NCBI GenBank assembly: GCA_041495185.1
Contig: JBGQCE010000001.1
Coordinates: 1 to 36,085, forward strand
DNA: 36,085 nt
Direction of reading: 5' to 3'
From: Bradyrhizobium sp.
GTDB lineage: Bacteria > Pseudomonadota > Alphaproteobacteria > Rhizobiales > Xanthobacteraceae
This document shows, one piece after another, positions 8,678 to 17,598 of the stretch. Numbering within the stretch: position 1 is the stretch's first letter; every line of letters starts with the position of its first letter. The notes beneath the pieces were generated by a model, which was given only the letters and a program-made list of their open reading frames with translations, searched no databases and had not been told where the DNA came from. The translations under genes and the position numbers were made by a program.

Positions 8678-10807
8678 ATGAAACGATTGAAAGCTGTTCT
8701 TGGCGCGTCGATTCCATTGGCGCTTGGCATTGTGTTCCTCGGTACCGTTTCGCAGTCCGCGTCTGCGGGTTGTCAACTGAATTCTCCCGGCGGACACGTC
8801 AAACGCGTTGTTCATATCGTTTTCGACAACGTGCATCTGCGACGCGACAATCCGGATATTCCGTCCGATCTCGAACAGATGCCGAATCTGCTTAATTTCA
8901 TCCAGAGCAACGGCACCATCAGCGGCAATCATCACACGCCGCTCATTTCCCACACTGCGACCGATATTCTCACCGCGCAAACCGGCGTCTATGGCGATCG
9001 TATGGGAATCCCGGTTTCCAACAGCTACGGTTTCTTCAGGCCGGACGGCAGCGTCGGCTTCAACGGTTCCTTCCTGTACTGGACGGCGCTGAGCGGCGAC
9101 GGCAAGCCGCAAATGCTCAATGAACTCGGCAAGACTGCGCCGGCTCCCTGGGTGCCGTTCACCCGCGCCGGCTGCGACGTCGGAGGTTTCTCCGTCGCCA
9201 ATATCGAGTTCGAGAGCGTGCCCGCCGACGTCAATACCGTGTTTGGCTCCACCTCGCCGGAAGGCATCGAGGCGAACAATCCGGCGCAGCGTGACAAGGC
9301 CAACGCCGACTTCCTCGGCATCGCCATTCATTGCGCGCAGAACAGCCCGCTCTGCAACAACAACCACGGTAAGGACGATCTACTGGCCGACGAGCCGGGC
9401 GGATATGTGGGCTACAAGGCGCTGTTCGGTAATTTGTATGTGCAACCGGTGATCTCGCCGAGCGGCCCAGTGAAGGACCTTGATGGCAATGTCATCCAGA
9501 CTGCCGCGGGCAATCCCGGCTTCCCCAATATCTTCAATCCGACCGCCACGCAATCGCTCGGCTATGCCGCGACAATGCTCGAGGCAGGCGTCCAGGTGGT
9601 CTATCTCTATGTCTCCGACGCGCATGATAACCGGTCCGGTCCCGGAACATTCGGGCCCGGCGAAGCTGGTTACGTCGCGCAGCTCAAGCAATACGACACC
9701 GCGTTCGGTAAATTCTTTGCCCGGCTTACCGCGGACGGCATCACCAAGGACAACACGCTGTTCGTCATCGTGCCGGACGAGAACGATCATTTCGTCGGCA
9801 GCGCCACCCCGAGTCCGGCGCATTGCGACGGCGTCAACGTCCCCTGCACCTATGCGGCGGGCCAGAAGGGCGAGATCAATGCGTTGCTCAACCGCCTGCT
9901 GGTCACGCAGCGCGCCAACAGCACCGCGTTCTCGGTGCACAATGACGACGCGCCAACGGTCTACATCAACGGCAATCCAGCTCCCACTGACGCCGTTACC
10001 CGCACCATGGAGCATGATCTCGATGCACTGGTCGCTATCAATCCGATGACCGGCAACACCGACAAATTGTCCCGACTGCTCGCTGATCGGGCGGAAATGA
10101 AGCTGCTGCACATGGTGACGGCAAGCCCGGCGCGCACGCCGACGCTCACTATGTTCGGCAACGACAATTACTTCTTCCAGAACGCAAGCGGCGGCGCCTG
10201 CGTAACCCAGTCCGACTGCATCTTCGTCGGTCCGAACTTCGCCTGGAACCACGGCGATTTCCAGCGCGACATCACCAGAACCTGGGTCGCGATGGTCGGC
10301 CCCGGCGTGCAACGACTTGGCCGCCACGACGCGGTCTTCTCGGACCACGCCGACGTGCGGCCTACGATGCTTGCGCTGCTCGGCCTGAAAGACAGCTATG
10401 TGCATGACGGCCGGGTGCTGTCCGAATGGATGGACCGGACGGCGTTGCCTTCCGGCATTCGCCGGCACCGCGAAAACTTCGTGGAGCTTGCCGAAATCTA
10501 CAAACAGCTCAATGCTCCGCTGGGCGAACTCGGCCGGGCAAGCTTGGTCTATGCCAACCGATCCGTTACCAGCGTCGATAATGTCTACGCGCACTATCTT
10601 ACGAAAGTCGGCGAGATCACCAACCAGCGCGACAAGCTGGCCAGTGATATCAAGACGGTTCTGAATGCCGCTGCATTCGGCAATCAGCCAGTTGACGAAC
10701 GCTCGGAAGATGGCCTCGGTCACCGCGCAAGAGCGCTGATCGATCGCGTCAAGGATCTCGCCGAGCGCGACCACGAGCACGAGCACGAGGATCGCGCTGA
10801 GAGATAA
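8678..10807 (+). CDS. Exported alkaline-phosphatase-superfamily/phosphoesterase-like protein (709 aa), function uncertain
   Basis: RBS AGGAGAGGG before ATG 8678; Sec-type signal MKRLKAVLGASIPLALGIVFLG...ASA; motifs VVHIVFDNVH, SDAHD, VPDENDH, NHGD and DHADVRPTMLALLGL resemble AlkP-superfamily metal-binding and core elements; several close Cys pairs. Confidence 0.6.
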   Translation: MKRLKAVLGASIPLALGIVFLGTVSQSASAGCQLNSPGGHVKRVVHIVFDNVHLRRDNPDIPSDLEQMPNLLNFIQSNGTISGNHHTPLISHTATDILTAQTGVYGDRMGIPVSNSYGFFRPDGSVGFNGSFLYWTALSGDGKPQMLNELGKTAPAPWVPFTRAGCDVGGFSVANIEFESVPADVNTVFGSTSPEGIEANNPAQRDKANADFLGIAIHCAQNSPLCNNNHGKDDLLADEPGGYVGYKALFGNLYVQPVISPSGPVKDLDGNVIQTAAGNPGFPNIFNPTATQSLGYAATMLEAGVQVVYLYVSDAHDNRSGPGTFGPGEAGYVAQLKQYDTAFGKFFARLTADGITKDNTLFVIVPDENDHFVGSATPSPAHCDGVNVPCTYAAGQKGEINALLNRLLVTQRANSTAFSVHNDDAPTVYINGNPAPTDAVTRTMEHDLDALVAINPMTGNTDKLSRLLADRAEMKLLHMVTASPARTPTLTMFGNDNYFFQNASGGACVTQSDCIFVGPNFAWNHGDFQRDITRTWVAMVGPGVQRLGRHDAVFSDHADVRPTMLALLGLKDSYVHDGRVLSEWMDRTALPSGIRRHRENFVELAEIYKQLNAPLGELGRASLVYANRSVTSVDNVYAHYLTKVGEITNQRDKLASDIKTVLNAAAFGNQPVDERSEDGLGHRARALIDRVKDLAERDHEHEHEDRAER

Positions 10808-10830
10808 GTTCTCGAAAGTTGGACAACTGC

Positions 10831-10863
10831 AAAGCCCGCCGGTGCAGCCGGCGGGTTTTCTCT
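10831..10863 (+). terminator. Rho-independent terminator
   Basis: CCCGCCGG-TGCAG-CCGGCGGG followed by TTTTCTCT, about 25 nt after the stop at 10807. Confidence 0.85.
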
Positions 10864-11044
10864 GCGCGTCAATCGCTTCAGCTCGGGGGACGGCGTCGGC
10901 ATTCTCCGCGGACTTCAACGCGGCCGGTTGCAACGGAAAGCTCTGAAATCAGAACCATTCCATGCCGCTGTTTTCGATCGGTCGAAGGCATTTCACAAAC
11001 CTGAATCCTCTTCGACATCAACGCGCAATTTTGCCTGCCGATAG

Positions 11045-11315
11045 TCGCCGGGACGGCAAAATGCTTATGCTGAAAGGGCAATCGGCTCGATCCGACGGGA
11101 ATGCCTTGACCACGTCGGTGTGTTCGGAGAGCAGCATCTCCGTCACATACTGCCGTCGTACATGAAATATCACAATGAGGTACGGACGCATTTATCTTTG
11201 GAGAAAGATGCTCCGGTCTCGCGCGCCGTCGAAATAGCCGGGGCACATTCTTTGTCGCCCAGTTCTCGGCGGGCTACATCACCAATATGCGCGGATTTGA
11301 TTTACGATAGGCACA
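11045..11315 (+). pseudogene. Truncated, frameshifted rve/integrase-core transposase remnant with probable IS right end
   Basis: SPGRQNAYAERAIGSIRRECLDHVGVFGEQHLRHIL...HNEVRTHLSLEKDAP; an extra G in the GGGG run near 11240 shifts the tail HILCRPVLGGLHHQYARI* (stop 11298-11300); N-terminus missing; ends TTTACGATAGGCACA (ACA end as in IS481-like elements). Confidence 0.8.
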
Positions 11316-11366
11316 GCCATCAATCGCGGCCAATTTCAAAGCATCGATAAGCAGAAGTTCTCGCCG

Positions 11367-12071
11367 CTAACACCCGAGATAGGCTTCTCTGATGTGCTTG
11401 TCATCAATGAGTTCGCTTCCGCGGCCCGACAGTACGATTGATCCTGCTTCCATTAGATACGCATAATCGCACATGTCGAGCGCGGCATAGGCGTTCTGTT
11501 CCACCATCAGGATGGTCGTGCCCGACTTGCGTATGCCGTCAATGATCTCGAAAACCTGTTCGACGATATTCGGCGCGAGCCCGAGCGACGGCTCATCGAA
11601 CATCATCAGCCTGGGTTTGGACATAATCGCGCGGCCGATTGCCAGCATCTGCTGCTCACCGCCGGAAAGCGTTCCTGCAACCTGACTGCGGCGTTCCGCA
11701 AGCCGCGGAAACTGTGTCAATACTCGGTCGCGGTCTCCAGCGACTTCCGCGCTGTCGCGCCGCAGATAGGCTCCCATATCGAGGTTTTCCTCAACGGTCA
11801 TGTCGGGGAAAACCCGCCGCCCTTCCGGACAATGGGCAATACCTCGCGACAAAATTTCGCGCGCTGAGCAGCGCGTAATGTCCTGGCCCTCGAACACCAT
11901 GCGGCCAGACGACGACGGCAGAATTCCAGAAATGGAACGCAAGGTAGTGCTCTTGCCGGCGCCATTCGCGCCGATAAGCGCGACAAGTTGCCCCTGTTTG
12001 ATCGAAAACGAAATGCCCTTGATGGCCTCGACTTTGCCGTAACAGCAGACGAGATCACTGATCTCTAGCAC
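11367..12071 (-). CDS. livF: Branched-chain amino acid-type ABC transporter ATPase (LivF-like)
   Basis: GANGAGKST, PEGRRVF, LSGGEQQMLA, DEPSLGLAP and VEQN; GTG start 12071 with GGGAG upstream. Confidence 0.92.
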   Translation of the reverse strand: MLEISDLVCCYGKVEAIKGISFSIKQGQLVALIGANGAGKSTTLRSISGILPSSSGRMVFEGQDITRCSAREILSRGIAHCPEGRRVFPDMTVEENLDMGAYLRRDSAEVAGDRDRVLTQFPRLAERRSQVAGTLSGGEQQMLAIGRAIMSKPRLMMFDEPSLGLAPNIVEQVFEIIDGIRKSGTTILMVEQNAYAALDMCDYAYLMEAGSIVLSGRGSELIDDKHIREAYLGC

Positions 12072-12861
12072 GTTTCTTAGCTCCCTGCCCGAGATAAGCG
12101 CGGATGACTTCCGGATTACCCTGGATTGCCGCTGGCGGCCCTTCGGCAATGATCCGGCCGTAACTCAAAACGACGATTCGATCCGACACACCCATCACCA
12201 TAGGCATGTCGTGCTCGACCAGCAAAATCGTGACACCAAGTTCGCGCAAGCAATCGAGAAGGTGCATAAACCTCGCGGTTTCTGTCGCATTCATTCCCGA
12301 CACCGGCTCGTCGAGCAGCAGCATCGACGGATCCGCCGCGAGCGCCAGCGCCACGCCCAACAGCCGCTGATCGCCATAGGCGAGTGACCCCGCCAACTCT
12401 CGCGATCGGCGTTCGATTCCCACGAGCGCAAGAATTTCGGCAGCCCTCGCTCTCAACTCACGCTCTGACTCGCGCTCACGCGGCAGCGCCAGAAGCGTGT
12501 CCCACAACCGCGAACGGCCGCGACGATGCAGGCCGATCATCACGTTCTCGAACACGCTGACGCTTTGGAACACGCTGGTGCGCTGAAAGGTTCGCGCCAA
12601 GCCCAGGGACGTGACCTCGTGCGGTTTCAAATTATTCAAAGACGATCCGCGGTAGCGGACCTCGCCTTGAGTCGGTCGCAGGAAGCCCGTGATTACGTTG
12701 AAGGCCGTCGTCTTGCCAGCGCCGTTCGGGCCGATCAGGCTAACGACCTCGCCTTCGTTCACGACAAAACTCATGTCCGAGATCGCGACGAGACCGCCAA
12801 AATGAACTGCGATATGTTCAATCGACAGCGCAGGCTGTGCTTGCGTTGAACGAGCGTCCAT
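12055..12861 (-). CDS. livG: Branched-chain amino acid-type ABC transporter ATPase (LivG-like)
   Basis: HFGGLVA, GPNGAGKTT, ARTFQ, LLLDEP, VEHDM and EVIRAYLG; start overlaps the permease stop. Confidence 0.92.
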   Translation of the reverse strand: MDARSTQAQPALSIEHIAVHFGGLVAISDMSFVVNEGEVVSLIGPNGAGKTTAFNVITGFLRPTQGEVRYRGSSLNNLKPHEVTSLGLARTFQRTSVFQSVSVFENVMIGLHRRGRSRLWDTLLALPRERESERELRARAAEILALVGIERRSRELAGSLAYGDQRLLGVALALAADPSMLLLDEPVSGMNATETARFMHLLDCLRELGVTILLVEHDMPMVMGVSDRIVVLSYGRIIAEGPPAAIQGNPEVIRAYLGQGAKKRARDQ

Positions 12862-13895
12862 CACCGCGCGTCCTGTATCTTGGCAGCTGCCGCGCCGGGA
12901 ACACCGGGTTGCTCGCCAACGCCGAACCATTTTTCGATCGCCGGGACAATGCCCTGCGGCAACACGAACACGATGAGTATCATGAAAAGCCCATAGAGGA
13001 TCCATTGGATTTCCGGAGCCGCAAACGATCGCGCCACCACCGGAATGAATCCGAAGATCAGGCCACCTACGATAGGGCCCGCAAGTGTGCCTTTGCCGCC
13101 AGTAATCACCATGATTACCATCGTAACAGTGTACAGAAACAAGAAAACATCCGGATCAATGATCTTCAGGTAGTGCGCGTAGAGACTCCCTGCCGCGCCG
13201 GCAATGCCGGCGGAAACGACGGCGGCAAGCACAAGGTAGCGTGTGACATCGATACCGACGGAAACAGCCAGCGATTCATTTTCCTTGAGCGCTACCATGG
13301 CGCGGCCAATACGCGAATTCACCAGGCGGCTGATGATCACGTAGGAGAGCGCCACGACACCGAGGACCAGATAGAAATTCGACTGCTTGCTGAAAAACTC
13401 GAAATTGCCGAGGCCGGGCAGCCCGAGCGCCATAGGCGGGATAGAGGTTAGCGCCAACGGCCCCTGCGTTAGTTCCACCCAGTTCAGCGCTACCAGTCGC
13501 ACGACTTCGGCGAAGCTGATCGTCACGATCACGAAATATGCGCCGCGAACGCGGAAGGAGAGTTTTCCGACGATATAGCCACACAGGCCCGACACCAGAA
13601 TGGCCATGATAAATCCAAGCCATACCGGCCACGGCTCGTGGATCACGCGAAAGCCACCGACCAATTCGACATCGAACCCGAGTGACACCAGCGCACTCGT
13701 GTAAGCGCCGATTCCAAAGAAGGCCACATGACCAAGACTGAGCTGCCCGGTGTAACCCAACAGCAGATTGAGGCTCATCGCCGCAACGATAAAAATTCCG
13801 GTGGTGACAAAGGCATTCAGGAGATAGGGATCCTTGAGCCACATGGGGACGGACGCAAGCGCGAGCAGCGCGATCCAGGGAAGAAACCGCCTCAT
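12861..13895 (-). CDS. livM: ABC transporter permease (LivM-like)
   Basis: SLNLLLGYTGQLSLGHVAFFGIGAY, GAYFVIVTISF and GRAMVALKENE; multiple TM segments. Confidence 0.92.
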   Translation of the reverse strand: MRRFLPWIALLALASVPMWLKDPYLLNAFVTTGIFIVAAMSLNLLLGYTGQLSLGHVAFFGIGAYTSALVSLGFDVELVGGFRVIHEPWPVWLGFIMAILVSGLCGYIVGKLSFRVRGAYFVIVTISFAEVVRLVALNWVELTQGPLALTSIPPMALGLPGLGNFEFFSKQSNFYLVLGVVALSYVIISRLVNSRIGRAMVALKENESLAVSVGIDVTRYLVLAAVVSAGIAGAAGSLYAHYLKIIDPDVFLFLYTVTMVIMVITGGKGTLAGPIVGGLIFGFIPVVARSFAAPEIQWILYGLFMILIVFVLPQGIVPAIEKWFGVGEQPGVPGAAAAKIQDAR

Positions 13896-14767
13896 CCAAT
13901 TCGCTCCGATCGCGCAAAAAGGCCGGTCGGTTTGAACAGCAGGACCGCGATGATGAGCAGGAAGCCCATCGCGTCGCGGTAGCCGGAGGAAATGTATCCC
14001 GCCCCCATTTCTTCCGCGAATGCAAGAATGAATCCGCCGATGGTGGCCCCCCCAATGCTGCCCAAGCCGCCAAGGATGACGATCGCAAACGCCTTAAGCG
14101 ATGCGATGTTGCCCATCTGCGGCGAAATCACATAGACCGGCCCAAGCAGCGCGCCGGCTGCTGCCGCAAGGCTCGAGCCGATTGCGAATGTTGCCATGTA
14201 GATCGCCTGAATGTTGACGCCCATCAGCGACGCGGTATCGCGATCTTGAAAGGTGGCGCGCATCGCCTTCCCGAGCTTGGTCCGATTGATCAGGAAATAG
14301 GCCGCCGCAATCAGCGCCAGCGCCGCGAAGAACACGAATAGTCGCAGCCAGGAAACCGAGAAAGGGCCAATTACCAACGGCGTTTCTGGAAACGGTGTAG
14401 AGACCGACTTGGCCACGCCTCCCCAGACATACTGCTCGGTATTCTGCATCACGATCATCGCGCCGATCATGATCAGCATCGTCGTGTCGATATCGGCCCC
14501 GCGCATCGGGCGCAGCAGAACGACTTCGATCAGTGCACCAAGAATGCACCCGGCCACGATCGAGATCAGCAGCGAGAGAAAGAAGTTGAACCCGAGCAGC
14601 ACGGCAATGAAGTAGACGAAATAAGCTCCAAATGCATAAAGCTCGCCGTGAGCGAAATTCACGACGCGCATAATGCCAAAGATCAAAGTCAGACCGATCC
14701 CGAGCAGCGCATATGTGCTGCCAAGGATCAGCATGTTGATCATGTGTTGAAAAAATTCAGTCATCAA
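13892..14767 (-). CDS. livH: ABC transporter permease (LivH-like)
   Basis: GLTLIFGIMRVVNFAHGE, TKLGKAMRA, KAFAIVILGGLGS and KPTGLF. Confidence 0.92.
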   Translation of the reverse strand: MMTEFFQHMINMLILGSTYALLGIGLTLIFGIMRVVNFAHGELYAFGAYFVYFIAVLLGFNFFLSLLISIVAGCILGALIEVVLLRPMRGADIDTTMLIMIGAMIVMQNTEQYVWGGVAKSVSTPFPETPLVIGPFSVSWLRLFVFFAALALIAAAYFLINRTKLGKAMRATFQDRDTASLMGVNIQAIYMATFAIGSSLAAAAGALLGPVYVISPQMGNIASLKAFAIVILGGLGSIGGATIGGFILAFAEEMGAGYISSGYRDAMGFLLIIAVLLFKPTGLFARSERIG

Positions 14768-14819
14768 GCCTTATCCAGATCAACCCTCACCGCCCGGTGA
14801 GGATGGCCGGAACGTTGCA

Positions 14820-14862
14820 AAGAAAGACCGTGGGCATCGCGTCAATGAGGCGATGCCCACGG
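14820..14862 (-). terminator. Hairpin/terminator after the substrate-binding protein gene
   Basis: 13-bp stem CCGTGGGCATCGC-N9-GCGATGCCCACGG (14828-14862), followed on the minus strand by TCTTTCTT. Confidence 0.7.
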
Positions 14863-14871
14863 CAGGTCTGC

Positions 14872-16035
14872 TTACAGTTTCGGAAGAATGACCTTCGCGT
14901 TGTCGATCTTTATCAGGTAGACATTAGGCATGCTTTGGCCGCTCTCTTTTCCGGCCGGTCCCTGCTTCTCGAACTTGATCTTGCCATTCAGGCCCATCAA
15001 TTCTGTCTGCCAGAGGGCGTTCGTGATCGCCTCGGGCTCGGCCTTACCCGCCTTCTCGATAGCGACAGCGATGGTGCGAATGCCGTCATAACCGCGGAAA
15101 CTCTCGGTCGCGCCGGCAAAATTGAACCCGCGCTTTTTCCACTCAGCAAGGAAATACTTGGTTGCGGCCGGATTGGGCGTATCGTCCGGATACCAGGGCG
15201 CGAACGTGGTCAGGTGGAACGTGCCGTTGGCGGCAACGCCAGCCTGATCGATCAGTTGATCCGGATTTTGCGATCCGCCCGTAGTGATAATCTGCTTCTT
15301 GATCCCGAGCGCAGTTGCCTGCTTCAGCAACAAGGTGAGCTGCTCGACCGCAGTGGTCACCATGATGGTATCGGAATCCGTCGCCTTTATCTTGGACAGT
15401 TGCGCGCTCATATCTTGAGCAGACTGGTCCATCGTCTCGACCAGGCCGACCTGAACATTGTCTGCCTTGAGGGTCTTCCCAAAATCTTCCGCCGAGCCAC
15501 GTCCCCAGTCATTGTTGATGACAAGGAAATCGGCTTTCTTGACGGACATCTTGGGAAGAATGTTCTTGAAGGCCGCGGCCTCAACCGCCGACGGCGGCGA
15601 GATGCGGAAGATGTAAGGGTTGCCGCTGGTCGTGATCTTCCCCGATGAGGAGGTCTCCACCACCATCGGCACCTTGTATTCCATAAGTTTGGGCATCACG
15701 GCGAGCGTCAGGCTGGACCCCCAGGCGCCCATCATCACCGGAACCTTATCGGCGGTGATCAGCTTTTCCGCGACCGCTGCAGCTTCGGTGGGATTACTCT
15801 TGTTGTCCTCGATGATCAGCTCGATCTTCTTGCCGAGAACTCCACCCTTGGCATTGATTTCGTCGGCGGCGATCTTTGCGCCGTTGACGACATAGGTTCC
15901 GGAAGCGGCAAACGGGCCGGTCAGCGGCTCATTGACGCCAATTTTGATGGTTTGCGCGCCTGCATGTCCCACCAGACCTGCCGACAGCAGGGCAGTGGCT
16001 GCGAGTGTCGTGAAGAAGTCGGTATGTTTCGCCAT
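14872..16035 (-). CDS. ABC transporter periplasmic substrate-binding protein (LivK/LivJ family)
   Basis: Signal peptide; IKIGVNEPLTGPFA, INAKGGVLGKKIEL and NDWG; RBS GGAGG. Confidence 0.92.
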   Translation of the reverse strand: MAKHTDFFTTLAATALLSAGLVGHAGAQTIKIGVNEPLTGPFAASGTYVVNGAKIAADEINAKGGVLGKKIELIIEDNKSNPTEAAAVAEKLITADKVPVMMGAWGSSLTLAVMPKLMEYKVPMVVETSSSGKITTSGNPYIFRISPPSAVEAAAFKNILPKMSVKKADFLVINNDWGRGSAEDFGKTLKADNVQVGLVETMDQSAQDMSAQLSKIKATDSDTIMVTTAVEQLTLLLKQATALGIKKQIITTGGSQNPDQLIDQAGVAANGTFHLTTFAPWYPDDTPNPAATKYFLAEWKKRGFNFAGATESFRGYDGIRTIAVAIEKAGKAEPEAITNALWQTELMGLNGKIKFEKQGPAGKESGQSMPNVYLIKIDNAKVILPKL

Positions 16036-16145
16036 TAGCTATTTCCTCCATTTGAATGCGGAAAATCGGTCTTCTTTCCAAGCAAGCATCGTGCCGGTAA
16101 GCCGTTTTTCTTCGACTTTTTAACTACTGCTGTCCCGGCTACAGT

Positions 16146-16171
16146 CATCTTATTTTTGGTATGTTAGTATC
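16146..16171. promoter_or_regulatory. Cluster operator motif copy 1 (upstream of the ABC operon)
   Basis: CATCTTA-TTTT-TGGTATGT-TAGTATC; overlaps the -10 of a possible minus-strand promoter TTGACG(16196-16191)-N16-CATGAT. Confidence 0.7.
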
Positions 16172-16202
16172 ATGTGCATCAGCCGTGCGACGTCAAGTTT
16201 TT

Positions 16203-17570
16203 TCAGCATTCGGGCACGTTCACCGCGAGGCCGCCTCGCGACGTTTCCTTGTATTTCGCCTGCATGTCCGCCCCGGTATCCCGCATCGTGCGGATAACCT
16301 GATCAAGCGTCACGTGATGCGAGCCATCGCCGCTCAGCGCCAGCGACGCCGCATTGATGGCTTTGATGGCGCCGAACGCGTTGCGTTCGATGCATGGGAT
16401 TTGCACCAGGCCGCCGACTGGATCGCATGTCATCCCGAGATGATGCTCCATTCCGATCTCCGCAGCATTTTCAATCTGCCGGTTGCTGCCGCCCAGTGCC
16501 GCGGTCAGGCCGGCTGCAGCCATTGAGCATGCCACACCCACCTCGCCCTGGCACCCCACTTCGGCACCCGAGATGGATGCATTCATCTTGCAGAGTGCGC
16601 CGATCGCCCCGCTTGTCAGGAGAAAAATCCTAACACCGTCATTTGACGCATCCTGGCAGTGATCGGTGTAGTATCGCAAAACGGCCGGAATCACGCCGGC
16701 AGCACCGTTGGTCGGCGCGGTCACGACCCGCCCGCCCGCTGCGTTTTCCTCGTTCACGGCGATCGCGTACATGCTCGCATAGTCCATCGCCGGGATCGAT
16801 TGCCGCATGTTGCGGGTCTCCGACGCTTGCAGACGGGCGTGCAATGCGCGCGCGCGGCGCTTGACCTTCAGGCCTCCGGGCAACTCACCGTCCGTCCGCA
16901 TCCCCCGGTCGATGCAGTCGAACATCACCGCGGTGAGACGGTCTAACCGGCCATTGATCGATGCCTCGTCCGAAAAGACGGCCTCATTCATCCGCACCAT
17001 CTCGGCGATCGAAAGACCGGATCGGTCGCACATCTCGATCATTTCGGCGGCATCGCCGTAGTCGAAGGGGATTGCGGAGGCAGATTCCGCCGTGCAACTC
17101 GCCTCGCCTTCCCGCCGAACGAATCCGCCCCCGAGCGAGTACCAGGTTTCCTTCTTCAGCTCGCGCCCATCCTTGTTGAACGCCGAGAAGCGCATTGTAT
17201 TCGGATGAACGGAAGCCGGCTCATCGAAATTGAAATCGATATCCTGCGTAGGATCGAAATCGATGGTCCTGCCATCCTGGAGCACCAGCTGCGCCGTCGC
17301 GGTGATGACATCCACGCGGCGGTCTGCATCGTCGGGATCGATCGATTCCGGAGACAAACCCGAAAGCCCAAGCATGATCGCCTTATCGGTGCGGTGGCCG
17401 TGTCCGGTCCAGGCCAGGGAACCAAGCAAAGAGACCTTCAGTCGCTTGAGGCCCGCACGTTCGTGCTCGTCCAGCGCCGACATGAACGCCGCGGCCGCCT
17501 TCATCGGACCAACCGTATGCGAGGACGACGGTCCAATCCCAATCTTGAACAGGTCGAAAACACTGATCAT
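16203..17570 (-). CDS. sdaA: L-serine ammonia-lyase, Fe-S dependent, single chain
   Basis: [49 protein letters not shown] and [20 protein letters not shown]; start at ATG 17570. Confidence 0.95.
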   Translation of the reverse strand: MISVFDLFKIGIGPSSSHTVGPMKAAAAFMSALDEHERAGLKRLKVSLLGSLAWTGHGHRTDKAIMLGLSGLSPESIDPDDADRRVDVITATAQLVLQDGRTIDFDPTQDIDFNFDEPASVHPNTMRFSAFNKDGRELKKETWYSLGGGFVRREGEASCTAESASAIPFDYGDAAEMIEMCDRSGLSIAEMVRMNEAVFSDEASINGRLDRLTAVMFDCIDRGMRTDGELPGGLKVKRRARALHARLQASETRNMRQSIPAMDYASMYAIAVNEENAAGGRVVTAPTNGAAGVIPAVLRYYTDHCQDASNDGVRIFLLTSGAIGALCKMNASISGAEVGCQGEVGVACSMAAAGLTAALGGSNRQIENAAEIGMEHHLGMTCDPVGGLVQIPCIERNAFGAIKAINAASLALSGDGSHHVTLDQVIRTMRDTGADMQAKYKETSRGGLAVNVPEC

Positions 17571-17598
17571 GACGGGTGACCGGCCATCGCTCGCTCCG

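Noticed and set aside
9380-10933. 517-aa minus-strand ORF
   Set aside because: Antisense shadow of the 709-aa exported protein, which has an RBS, signal peptide and terminator. Long shadow ORFs are common in GC-rich DNA and this one has no recognisable motifs.
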